Positions 48,557 through 59,966 are shown, counted from the first letter of the stretch. The stretch: 64,000 nucleotides of DNA from Laetmonice hystrix (GCA_965235115.1 OZ249437.1:18786001-18850000), one strand, 5' to 3'. Program-made: numbers and translations. Notes: a model not told the origin generated them from the letters alone.

Positions 48557-51328
48557 CCTGTCATCTATCACTATAAAACCTCCGGTGAATAGATTCAACG
48601 CCTTCACCTGTAAATGTGCAGCTCACAGGGCGGGGGTCTGCTTCCATTTCAAGCTGCTTTATCTGCTCCGCGGATGGAGTCGACATCCATCCGGCAGTAA
48701 GTACTGCGATGTTCCGACCAGCAATGTACATTATGAGGACAATAACTTGGACCATGGAAGCGAGGAGATGATAATACTGGTTGGTTGTTTATGTTCACTG
48801 ACCCTCTGTGTCCAGCAAAAAAACATGTGAACCCCATTAGATATTTCTGAGGGTGATGAGTAATTTCTGAGGGCGAAGAGTAATTTCTGAGGGCGGGGAG
48901 TAATTTCTGAGGGTGAGGAGTCAAGCACCAATAGGTAGGTCCATATTCTGCAGGGGTGCCGTTACCAAACAAAGACACCCAAGGGAAATAAGGACATTTC
49001 AAACGAAAGGGATTGAAAGGTTGCACTGGTCTGACACTTGAGATGGTCAATTCAGACCAATAATGCCCGGCCAGGCCGTCCTTATACGACAATGATCACA
49101 CAGTCAGCAAAAAAAGTTACCTTATAACAGTAGCGGCCCACTTTCAACAAGTTCGACAAAACCGTGCCATCTAGGATTCAAAGGTCACGGATAGTAATGG
49201 GAAGCCCCTGGTAGAGTTTAGCTATTTTATGTATAGGCCTACTATAAAAACAAATGAATGATTTCGCCTTCCGTTTGAACAGCGCTGATTATACATTTAA
49301 CAGAATGATGACAAAGCGATTACATTCGCTGTTACAAATGGAATGAAATTGCGTAAAAAGGCCAAACGCAAATGTTGCTAGACCAGATTAAATTTGAAGC
49401 CATTGCCGGAAGTAAGTAATCGTATTATACGAACTGACTGTAACTTAGAAATATCATTACAACAAACGCGGCGTTCCATTACAGATCTTATTTCCAGGAT
49501 CTATTAATTCTCTATTTTTAATCTCTGCACCGTATCCTCCGCAGTTTAAGGAAGAATAGTAGCAGAACTTGTATCGTAACGCATCGGATTCGACCTGACA
49601 TACTTCAATTTCAATTCAAGCAGTGAGGACACATGTAAAAACAATATTACATGATGAAACTTTGAGAGAGGATCACGAATACAAGCACAGTTGTACTGTG
49701 TGAAGGAGAGGCGTAACGTCATTTGTTTGGTAACGAACGTACCACTGAGAAAAACAAACAGTTCCACTTTCTGTTACAACCCACGCGCCCAATATTGTGC
49801 TATACAAGCTGCTTTATCAGAACCCAAGTTAGGAACAGTTTTATGTGATCCATCAACTCACCATTCTAAATATACAGGAACATTAGAAGAGTATACCTCG
49901 ACCCTAACAGACATTGGGGTGGCCTGGCCCCGGCGTCGTGAACAGCATTGGCTCGGCGTATCGATTGTGGGCTACAAAAGTATTGATTTGTACCCCCTAG
50001 ACAAGCTCGACCTTGAACTTGTTCCGTTCCCATTCCGCGCTTGGCTGTGGTGCCACGGAGAAAACGCCGGAGGAGAAGGAGGAGTAGGAGTAGGAGGAGG
50101 GGAGGAAGGGGCGAGAGGAGGAGGAGGAAGATGGAGCCTGTAGTCCACACTGGACGCCTTCAAGGGCCTTCTACTCAACTGTAACTGGTACAGAATGTCG
50201 TTCACCGTCAAACGGAACCACTCACTAGTCTACGCCACATCACAAATGGATGGAACGTCTGCTAGCTGTGACGTATACCATCACAGAATCACGAAGTTGA
50301 CCTGAAGTCGGCCCTAAATAACACATTTCTAATGTAACACCATCACTGGGTTCTAATTCCTGGAGCCATACAGCGTCCATACACGCACACACCCTAACAC
50401 CTGACTATATAATACCCCCACCCACCCACGCACAGCATGACGTGCCTACATGTCACAGATCATGTAGTTAGTAAACGTGGGCGGGATATATATCGGCCAA
50501 TGTGTGTCTTGGAGGTTACCATGGGGACAACGTGGACAAACAATACGGACAATTCGTCCTGTAAGATTGTACAATTATAGCCTAATGCTCTCAGATTTCG
50601 GGGGAAACCAAGGAAGCTTCCCTACACGACAGGAACTCCACTCCGCTCGGGCCTGAAGGCATGGCGTGAGTCTAATACACGTGTACTGCGCCCGGGGCTT
50701 TTCCTTATTAACAACATCATTAACTTGTACAGAATGCAATGCGACGCGACTTGCTAATAACGATTTCGTTAAGTCTCTGATTTACGGTGAGGTAAGTTAT
50801 CAGCATGATCCGTGATTATCGACGACCTAATAGTTAAGACAGGTCGCACTTATCTCACAATGCCATTAATTGGAATGAAGCAATCGTTAGACTAGCAATA
50901 ATCAGATAGAGAAGAGGCCACCAGAAATATATGAATAGAAACCAGACTAATAATACTGGCCAAGAGTCCATCCGGATATACTGGATTATTGAAACCTTTC
51001 CGACCCGGTAATAGACCACGGTGCTGTCAACTTCAACCCATGTTTGTGTGCAGATGTGTTGGCTTCATCGTTTCTTTGTTACATTAACAGAACTAATCTT
51101 TTAGCATCCACTCCGGGGCTTCATCTGCCATGTCACAAGTACCCGGTACATTGTAACTGTGAAAACCTATGAAGAATTTTGAATAAATGAGTTTACCGTT
51201 AACTTTGACTGAGAATCTCCACGTGAGAGGATGTGTACCGTGATGAAGCCAGGTATCACTTACCCCTGCCAAGCCTCTGGTAATGAGAATTGTGGTGAAG
51301 CATTCCAGCTGTCCCCAACTATGATTTC

Positions 51329-52025
51329 TTTCTATGGTTTCCACCCAGAGTTTAACTTTAATCCCTGACTTACATGGTGGCTAAACTCTCGGAACACATG
51401 ACAGATTACCTGGAATGTGTTATTAGTGTAGTCAGACGACAGCGGGTGATTTCTATGGTTTCCACCCAGAGTTTAGTCCCTGACTTACATGGTAGCTAAA
51501 CTCTCGGAACACCTGCAGATTACCTGGAATGTGTTATTAGTGTAGGCAGACGACAGCGGGTGATTTCTATGGTTTCCACCCAGAGTTTAATCCCTGACTT
51601 ACATGGTAGCTAAACTCTCGGAACACCTGCAGATTACCTGGAATGTGTTATTAGTGTAGGCAGACGACAGCGGGTGATTTCTATGGTTTCCACCCAGAGT
51701 TTAATCCCTGACTTACATGGTAGCTAAACTCTCGGAACACGTGCAGATTACCTGGAATGTGTTATTAGTGTAGGCAGACGACAGCGGGTGATTTCTTTCT
51801 ATGGTTTCCACCCAGAGTTTAATCCCTGACTTACATGGTAGCTAAACTCTCGGAACACATGACAGATTACCTGGAATGTGTTATTAGTGTAGGCAGACGA
51901 CAGCGGGTGATTTCTATGGTTTCCACCCAGAGTATAATCCCTGACTTACATGGTAGCTAAACTCTCGGAACACCTGACAGATTACCTGGAATGTGTTATT
52001 AGTGTAGGCAGACGACAGCGGGTGA
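51329..52025. repeat. About 114-bp tandem repeat x6 containing an exon 3' end and splice donor
   Basis: On -, each unit = last 40 nt of exon 5 + CAG|gtaatc + about 74 nt of intron. Confidence 0.95.
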
Positions 52026-52155
52026 TGTCTGGTCCATTCCTCGACCTCCTCCAGTATAACGTCATTATCGAGTCCATCCAAGGTCAGAGCTGTCTGTGGG
52101 CGGTCGTCAGGTTTCTCTTCTAACTCAGGGTACATGTCCTCATAGTACCCGTCAT
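51986..52155 (-). CDS. Membrane protein coding exon 5 (DDGYYEDMYPELEEKPDDRPQTALTLDGLDNDVILEEVEEWTRHHPLSSAYTNNTFQ)
   Basis: gaccag| acceptor, CAG|gtaatc donor, 170 nt, phase 1-0. Confidence 0.85.
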
Positions 52156-52793
52156 CTGGTCAAACATTGATACTGCTTATTAAACTTTATATAGACAGCA
52201 TGACCCCCCCCCCACCTCTCCAACATATAACTACAGACCTACTGGCCAGGTATGTGTTTTTTTATCAAGGGTATATAGAAGGGCTCTTATAATAGTATCT
52301 CCTCGGGCATCAAGCTTAAACCTTTACACGTTTTTAGACAATTAGTAAAATTACAAAGCAGATTCAAGCAAACCACTGATTACCAAGGTTACTGGACCCA
52401 TTCACATTGCATAAGGTATCAACCTCTGGCACCTTTAATTACTAATAAACAAGCTTTGCTGGTGTTGCAGGACATTAGACGTTCTTCCTATGTGTGCCGA
52501 TGTATGTATGATGTATGTAGTCTATGTAATAATATATGAATATATTGCACGTACATATATTTAAATACTAGTACATGTTTTTGTACACAATGTACCGATA
52601 CCTGCATGGGTGTGTCAGAAGTAATTATTTCACTACACTTTATGCCACATAAGTAAATGCTTGAACACGTATGGTATTTATGTTTTCCAATATAAATATT
52701 CATCACATCATAAAGAGTGGTACAATACCTCTGGAGTAGAAAAACTTAATTATATCTAAAAATATTGTTTATTCCAATACTGTCTGAACTCAC

Positions 52794-52895
52794 CTGCTTC
52801 ATATTCCATGTTTTCACGTCCATAGACTTTCCTGACAGCAGGCATTGTCAAACGAGCTTTTTCTTTCTTATCCCGCCGGCCATTTAGGAATATTC
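52794..52895 (-). CDS. Membrane protein coding exon 4 (GIFLNGRRDKKEKARLTMPAVRKVYGRENMEYEA)
   Basis: ccattcag| acceptor, G|gtgagt donor, 102 nt, phase 1-1. Confidence 0.88.
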
Positions 52896-53390
52896 CTGAA
52901 TGGAGAGAAGACAGATAGCCCATTGTGCCAGTTTCCTATTCTCAGCAAGGATGAGACAGTTTAAGGATTTATAACAAAAGTAAAACAGGCTCTCCTTTTA
53001 TTTGTTAAAAAGATACCTTTTACATTACTCTAGCTGATAAGGATGTGCACAATCCTTGCCGGTATCTCTTTGCCTCAGCTGGTTATTAAAACAAAGAATG
53101 AAAAAAAAAAGATATTTTTTTCAAACATTTGTCTCAGACTTCTTATTATGCCTGATCACGTTTGAGATTAACATGTTTATTAATGCTTATATCTGGTGAA
53201 GAACATGACTTTCCATGCAATTCATCTTCCTGTAATTTATGTTATAATAAAGGAATTCATCCCTTTTGGATTAAAGAAAATACAGATTACCATATTGATG
53301 ATCTTTTTCTTTATTAAAGAAAACACGATTAATTCTGCGAAGCATTGGTGATATTTTTAATGAAAAAATATAAAAAAGAAGATATCCTAC

Positions 53391-53537
53391 CAAGGCAATA
53401 CATTTTCAGAAGAAGTCTGCGTTTGACTGGCGTCATAAGAATGAAGTCATATTCCCTTTGAGCCAGTCGGCGGACCATTCCTGGCATAATCTTCAATAAC
53501 TCTGCTGCTGTGTGGCGGATGGACTCCTTCACACTCT
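53391..53537 (-). CDS. Membrane protein coding exon 3 (ESVKESIRHTAAELLKIMPGMVRRLAQREYDFILMTPVKRRLLLKMYCL)
   Basis: atacag| acceptor, G|gtagga donor, 147 nt, phase 1-1. Confidence 0.9.
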
Positions 53538-53980
53538 CTGTATCATGGAAACAAAATGGTTAACTTAGTGTGTATACAAGATGCTGGGAAAGATTTTGTC
53601 CCTGGCATAGGCAATGGAAGATAAATATGCACATCGAGTTGGGGGGGGGGGGGGGAGACCAAAACCAACGCTTTTAAAACATAAAATGAGAGTCACTTTG
53701 GAAAGGACAATGAAAGTTTTGTATATAGGTCTCCATTGATGAAAATGATCCTTGCTATCAAGTTTCATTGTGGGAAACTCTCTGAGAAAATATTTCTGAA
53801 GAACACAGAATGGCATTTTCCCAATGCTTACAGAAGTGAACTGCGGGGTTTTATTTACGGTTACGTAAGCGCAGCACTATCATTGCGAGACTGCTATATC
53901 CTTCATGGTTGCATCAGAGAGTGTGGTTGCATATCTCCATGAAATTTGGGCATAAGAAATGTTAATCTGTCACTCTTCCT

Positions 53981-54265
53981 ACAGGCCAAACCTAATCCTA
54001 AAACCTCCAGTCCCGGTCTCCAACCCTCCAAACCTAATCCTAAAACAGGTCAAACCTAATCCTAAAACCTCCAGTCCCAGTCTCCAACCCTCCAAACCTA
54101 ATCCTAAAACAGGCCAAACCTAATCCTAAAACCTCCAGTCCCAGTCCAACCCTCCAAACCTAATCCTAATCCTAAAACCTCCAGTCCCGGTCTCCAACCC
54201 TCCAAACCTAATCCTAAAACAGGCCAAACCTAATCCTAAAACCTCCAGTCCCGGTCTCCGACCCT
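53981..54265. repeat. About 65-bp C/A-rich repeat, about 4 copies (aaacctaatcctaaa)
   Basis: Direct inspection. Confidence 0.9.
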
Positions 54266-54503
54266 CCTTATCAACACCCAAATAAACAGACTGTCACAGC
54301 TACAGCAAGCCCCCCATACAACAGAGACCTCTAGCGGTAAGCAGTACTGACCACCCTGCCACCTGACGGGCATCTGCAGAACTGATGCCATCAGTGGCTT
54401 TTTGCACAGCACTTAAGAAAAAACGAGGTTTGGCGCTAGACAGTAGCTTAGGCTACCAATGGAAAAAAAATATTCTAAGCTGTGTACAGTGATGATTACC
54501 TAC

Positions 54504-54689
54504 CTGCAAACAGTGACTTAGGAGCGATTTGTGAGTGAGCCTCCACGAGTTCATCAAATACATCCCACAGGGTGTCATGTATTGGGTCATGTAGATGTTC
54601 TGCTTCTCGACAATAGGCGTTAACAACGTGGATTTGGCGGCACAGCTCATGGGCAGGGGCAAACATCGGTGGCATGGAAAGAGACTTTT
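54504..54689 (-). CDS. Membrane protein coding exon 2 (EKSLSMPPMFAPAHELCRQIHVVNAYCREAEHLHDPIHDTLWDVFDELVEAHSQIAPKSLFA)
   Basis: tttttcag| acceptor, G|gtaggt donor, 186 nt, phase 1-1, open and protein-like. The supplied ORF track shows a different frame here. Confidence 0.9.
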
Positions 54690-54866
54690 CTGAAAAATAA
54701 GGACAAGAAAAGGCATAAAGTCATGAACAGCTAGTAGGTCTTATAGACCTGGGTAAAATTCTTCAAACAATTAGACCATTATATGGTAGTGTGTGACATT
54801 TTAAAACGTACAGAAAGGGATATGTTTATGTAATTTTGTCCCCATGATATCATATCCATGACGTAC

Positions 54867-56223
54867 CAATGAGGGTCCGTGACTGAATGATGGCTCGGAC
54901 ATATTTCCTTGTCGACGGAGTCAGTTTACTGAGGCCTTCCGATGTCATCGAAGGCCACAGTGGATGAACGATCTTCTGACAGCATTCACACTGTCTGATG
55001 ACGAGGTAGATGACAAACGTTAGAGCTCCACAGATCCACGTACAGTTGATGATGAGGAGCACACTATTCATGTAGGTCGGAGTCAACCAAATAGATGCCA
55101 AGGTGAATGAAGTGAAAGATGTTCTCAATGAGCCTAACAAACAGTTCAGAACAAGGCAAAGGTAGCTGAATATGATGAAGATATTGAACGAAGTGACTCG
55201 GTACGGCCGAATGATGACGAAAGTTATTAAAAGCACCAGAAAAATGCAGTTAATGACCAGGGCTCCTATGAATATGTGGTTGAACGTCACAGCAACCACA
55301 GCCAAAATGAAGAAGGAGAAAATGAAATGAAGAGCACGGAAATGGCACCCATGCTTTTTGAAGGAAGCAAATATGTGGAAACCGCCCACAACGTACTGGA
55401 TGTCCAAGTTCTGTACATATTCTGTCTCTTTAAGTTGTAGATATCCCTCGTGTCGGTCTGAGGTCATATCCAGCATCTCAGCTTTTGTTCGTATTATCAT
55501 CCATGCTGGTAGCAAGCCGTAAAGACAAACGACACCAGCAATAGCAGGGACGATGTAGGCCCAGTAAATGTTATCAGTGTAACACTTCACGTCATTATGT
55601 ACGTCCATCACACCCGTGTCTGTGCAGTGGAACAGGCGAGCTACAACCACCCCGAGCGGCAGACAAACAACTTGGGCTATCACTAAATATACCCTCTGTA
55701 AATGGGCAATTCTCACCATCATAAACGGGTGTTTCTGATACGTTATCACGAGGTAAGCAATAACAAAGGCTGAGAGAGCCAAGAAAACAAAGACAGCCCA
55801 GAAAAGTAATATGTGCCAATAGTTGATGGGTACATCACTGCTTGGGGTGAAATGACCCTGCACCTCCTTGTAGCTGCCGTTTTGTTGTACTTTGGCAAAT
55901 TCCCAAACATCTAGATTGAACAGGAAGATGAAGCTGGAGCTTTTTACCCATTTTGTTGGGAATGGCCAACGTAAAGCGAGCTGCTGGACAATGGCAAACA
56001 ACTGAATGACGTGCAGGAGGAGCAAGAGGGTGTCGTTCAGAATGAGTGATGTCCCACGTTTTTTATGGTCTGCAAATAAAACTTTATCATCATCCCTGGC
56101 TTCCTCTATATCCTCATCGTCTGTTTCCATGGCAATGGTGACTGGTAGTCTGTCGTCTGAGGACGCCATCTGCTGCGATCCAGGCAGCAATGGGTAGGAC
56201 TCGGCTGTATCAGGGCTGGACAT
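54867..56223 (-). CDS. Uncharacterised multi-pass membrane protein, first coding exon (about 8 TM helices)
   Basis: 452-codon open, non-repetitive frame from ATG (ccaacATG) with about 8 hydrophobic 20-25-aa segments. Acceptor ttctccag| at 56261; donor G|gtacgt at 54866. Confidence 0.92.
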
Positions 56224-57096
56224 GTTGGTTCAGGACAATTCCCAGTTAGTCATCGTCTAGCTGGAGAAAAAAAATATCAACAATATGTTAGATCTCTCTA
56301 CATGTTCTTTCTACAAAGGGTACTCTTTAGGCTATTAAGTCAAGACAAACATCCCCATTTAAATTTGGTACTCCTGGGCACAATAGACAGACTAATAGTA
56401 AAATACATGTTCATGTGTCTGTGTAGCTTTAATTTAGGACGTATTTCTGAAATAATATTTATTAGGCCTAATGGTAAATAAAAATTATTATAACTATTAT
56501 AACTATAACTATTAATGGTAAATAAAAAATTATTATAACTATTACCTAATGGTAAATAAAAAAATTATTATAATTTTAATGCCGGTAAATAAAAGATTAT
56601 TAAAACTAAAATTAAATAATCACTAAAAATTTAAAGAACTGAAAATATTTTACTGAATTTCTTCACTAAAACCCAAGTTCCAAAATCCAAATGTATTCAT
56701 GAAATACACCTACCTGATAATAAAATATGAGTTCACAATATTTAACTATTTTAAGTTAGTCTTGAATGTTCCACTTCCTCGTCAAGTTGTTAATCCCGTT
56801 TCACAACACTTCGAGTTTCGATCCGGTAACGCCGTATAACGACTAACGCCAGTAACGGTAAATCGGTTCTCCAAGCTTAGCACGTTTACTCACACTCAAA
56901 ATCAAATTTATCAGTAAACTTATATATCCATACTGCTATAAATAGACCTTTACTTTAGTTCTATCTTTGTTACTCCTTTGCTTATTTACTAACCTAAAAG
57001 TTCAACTTGTTCCCCGCCATTTACACATAACGGTACAGATAACGGTACAAACCAAAACAAACACGCACCTGTTCACGGACAGCCATGTTGTTTGTG

Positions 57097-57119
57097 TGAC
57101 GTCACGTTGCTACGGTGAT
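57097..57119. promoter_or_regulatory. Perfect CRE (TGACGTCA) adjacent to an RFX X-box-like site (GTTGCTACGGTGAT); candidate promoter of the membrane-protein gene
   Basis: Motifs at 57097-57104 and 57106-57119, directly upstream (on -) of a short candidate first exon ending in CAG|gtgcgt at 57069. Confidence 0.55.
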
Positions 57120-57198
57120 AGAGCGACCTTTCACCCCAGGATGGCCACGTGGCTTTGTTTACATGCAGCGGGCGCGGACGAAGTCCGTCTGGGGCCTT

Positions 57199-57362
57199 GG
57201 GCCGGTGTCCTACTAATCTGTTGTTACTTCACCGTACACACTTTCTCCACTCGAGTCTTGGGCCGGTGTTAGCCTACTAATCTGTTGTTACTTCACCGTA
57301 CACACTTTCTCCACTCGAGTCTTGGGCCGGTGTTAGCCTACTAATCTGTTGTTGCTTCACCA
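57199..57362. repeat. About 63-bp repeat, about 2.5 copies, just upstream of the candidate promoter
   Basis: ggccggtgttagcctactaatctgttgttacttcaccgtacacactttctccactcgagtcttg. Confidence 0.85.
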
Positions 57363-57754
57363 TACACAACAGTCGCCAAAAACCCTACCCCAGGCCCGTA
57401 CGACACTTTTCAAAAAGGGGGGGGGGGGGGGGGGGGGGGATGGCCATGCTACCCTGCCACAAAACTTGTTCTCTTAGCATTGGCCTTGTTTTTAAACGAC
57501 AATCTGGCGACATAAGATGTCTATGGCTAAAGCACGAAAGCACGCGCCATTAACGGGTGCAGAACAAAGAGGGGTTCCGTCTTTGTCCCAGACTCGTTGA
57601 TGGGTACATTGTTTGGACGTGTGGGGGTGGTCAGGTTTTTTTTTCGTTAAAACCGTCATGAAGATTCAAAAGGGAATGTCTATGGGTGACACGAGCTTTT
57701 CAAGCCAAGGGGCAAGCAATTGCGAGCATTGGGAGGGGGAGGGGAGGGGGATTT

Positions 57755-58031
57755 CAGGGGCGGATCCAGGATTTTGCAAGGGGGGGTTCGAGTTTCGTTT
57801 CATTTTCTAATAGTCCCCATCATGCGAGCGCCGAAGGCGCGAACCTTCGAGCGGGGGGTCTGGGCCGTCCCCCAGAAGAAATTGAAAATTAAAGTGCCAA
57901 ATACGCGTTTTCCTGGCATCTGGGAACAAAATCAAAGGCATACGGGCATTAGGCACTCTATTTATATTTTTTATATTTTTTGAGTTGGGGGGGGGGGGGG
58001 GTCGTACGAACCCCCCCTGGATCCGCCCCTG
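57755..58031. mobile_element. MITE with perfect 15-bp TIRs (CAGGGGCGGATCCAG) and a 6-bp TSD (GGATTT)
   Basis: TIRs at 57755-57769 and 58017-58031; GGATTT on both flanks (57749-57754, 58032-58037). Confidence 0.85.
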
Positions 58032-58376
58032 GGATTTTGGTTAGCGATTTGTCTATTTTCTTGGGGACCGAGTGTGGCCACATGTGTAGCACCCTCAAAT
58101 GTAAAAATTCCCTCACATTTAGCGGAATTTTTACATTTCAGGGTGCTACACACGTGCCCCCTAAGACTCCCCGGGGATGTGCCTGATCAGAAACCAAATT
58201 TTAAGTGTATTGTATTTTGTCTACCTATTGGGCCCCCGTACCCTTCAGAACATATAAGTAAAGGTAACACTCTCTATTTACACATAATTTATTGGCTTTG
58301 CCTTCATGATGAACATACAGGAAATTCACTATTAAAACATAAACTGTTATGCGGGTATTACTTTGTCTACTGAACA

Positions 58377-58544
58377 TCATCTCTTTCCCTTGCGTTTTGA
58401 CTTCTTCCCTTTCTGTATGATCTCTTCAGATGGTGGCATATCAACACGTAGAGCATGTCCGGTCTTTTTTAGATGATCAAATAACTTGGATCGTGATGAG
58501 AACGTGCTTCCACACGTATTACAACTCGATTGAATTCCTTGAGT
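58377..58544 (-). CDS. DNAJC21: DNAJC21 last exon with C-terminal C2H2 finger ([23 protein letters not shown])
   Basis: CxxC...F.SR.KLF.HL..TGH; TGA stop; AATAAA on - at 58288-58293. Confidence 0.96.
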   Translation of the reverse strand, partial: TQGIQSSCNTCGSTFSSRSKLFDHLKKTGHALRVDMPPSEEIIQKGKKSKRKGKR

Positions 58545-58685
58545 CTGCAAGAGAAAAGAAAGACAGTTATATTTGCAATTTGGCAAGTGCTGGGCTTGGT
58601 ATGAAAATTCTACCTTCCTCATCAACTTTCATGACATGCTTATCTAAAGGGAGTTACGTTACAAGAGTTCACTGTTTCTACTTAC

Positions 58686-58785
58686 TTCCTGTTGCATTTT
58701 TGTTTTGATTTTCTTGGATTGTTTGGTGGTTGTCTCTGGCTCAGTGGAGGCGTGGTTTTCACAGGCTGGCTCAGATGTAGACGAC
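58686..58785 (-). CDS. DNAJC21: DNAJC21 exon (SSTSEPACENHASTEPETTTKQSKKIKTKMQQE)
   Basis: atcag| ... GAA|gtaagt; phase 2-0. Confidence 0.85.
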
Positions 58786-58968
58786 CTGATACACGGTGTG
58801 GATTTCATGAGTGGAGAGTTTAATGATCATGTATGGAGGTGTGCTGGGTCCACATTTATATGAACAGAATATTGTGCATATTGATGCGATATATAACTAC
58901 CCTCATGTCATATAGTCATTAAAAATAAAAAAAAAATAAAATAAAATGCCCTGACTAAGCCAACTAAC

Positions 58969-59138
58969 CCTTGATCTGGTGGCGTGGCTGATGCTGATGT
59001 CTCGTCCACATTGTTTAATTCACCCTGAACATCTGGCTCGGTATGTTCAATGACTCCATCTTCAGCCTCCACATCCACGGATTTTTCCGCTGCACAACTT
59101 GTATCTGCCTCTGAAGATGTCCCATTTGAGTCAACTAT
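58969..59138 (-). CDS. DNAJC21: DNAJC21 acidic low-complexity exon (IVDSNGTSSEAD...TPPDQG)
   Basis: atttcag| ... GG|gttagt; phase 0-2. Confidence 0.85.
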
Positions 59139-59431
59139 CTGAAATAGGGTCAAATATAGTCCTCAGCATGTAAATATACTACCAACAGATAACCTAGCCT
59201 TCTGACAGGAAGATAGCGTCAAACTTTTGGAAAAAAAAAGTCAATTCAGTGGTTCGATTATGTTGAAATAACTATAATTATGTCCTTCTATTGAGCAATT
59301 TTTCAACTACTGAACATAATTGACACACTTTTAAACTGACACAAGTATAAACAATATAAGGCTACATGACCAGCTCATGAAATCAGAATGCCTGCTAATA
59401 ATTCCATGAATGTACCCAATGATTTACTCAC

Positions 59432-59483
59432 CTTGGTATCTGTACTTCCTCCCTCATCTGTCCTCAATGAACCACATTCTGTC
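59432..59483 (-). CDS. DNAJC21: DNAJC21 exon (TECGSLRTDEGGSTDTK)
   Basis: atacag| ... AAG|gtgagt; phase 2-0 is the only open frame. Confidence 0.8.
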
Positions 59484-59624
59484 CTGTATATAAGTAGTCA
59501 TTATAATATTAGTGAAAATAACACAAACTGCAACAGCTACATAGGCATGCCTGGAATCCAAAACTATTATATGAATAAATTTAAAATTTTCTAAATTGAC
59601 AGTTTACTTTTGCTAGCAACTGAC

Positions 59625-59689
59625 CTATTTTGTCCTTTGATATTTAAAGACTGAATTTCCTCAAGCAGCGCTTCATCTTCCTTGGTATC
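59625..59689 (-). CDS. DNAJC21: DNAJC21 exon (DTKEDEALLEEIQSLNIKGQN)
   Basis: gttttcag| ... AG|gtcagt; phase 0-2. Confidence 0.85.
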
Positions 59690-59914
59690 CTGAAAACAAA
59701 CCATCCGAGTGAGTATAGTATTACAGGATATACACTGGCCATTTAACATATACCATCACTAAGTACCTAAGTCATCAACAACTCTAAGATGTTGACAATT
59801 CTTTAGAAAACACATAATGTTTTCCAGCTTTTCAATATTTCAGGGGGATCTGAACGACATGGTCATTTGACACAATTACACAATCAGAAAATTACTTGCC
59901 ACAATTTTACATAC

Positions 59915-59966
59915 CTCTATTAACTTCTGCTGCTGCCTCCGTTTTTTCTTCTGTTTTTTTGATAAC
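59915..59966 (-). CDS. DNAJC21: DNAJC21 basic exon (LSKKQKKKRRQQQKLIE)
   Basis: KLSKKQKK motif; phase 2-0. Confidence 0.9.

Noticed and set aside
49866-50211. Pro-rich open frames as an extra exon of the membrane-protein gene
   Set aside because: Exons 5 and 6 already join in phase, and no acceptor/donor pair here gives a clean phase 0-0 exon. It derives from a (GGA)n-rich tract.
53981-54265. CCTAA-containing repeats as interstitial telomere
   Set aside because: No sustained (TTAGG)n or (TTAGGG)n run; the motif is embedded in a 65-bp unit.
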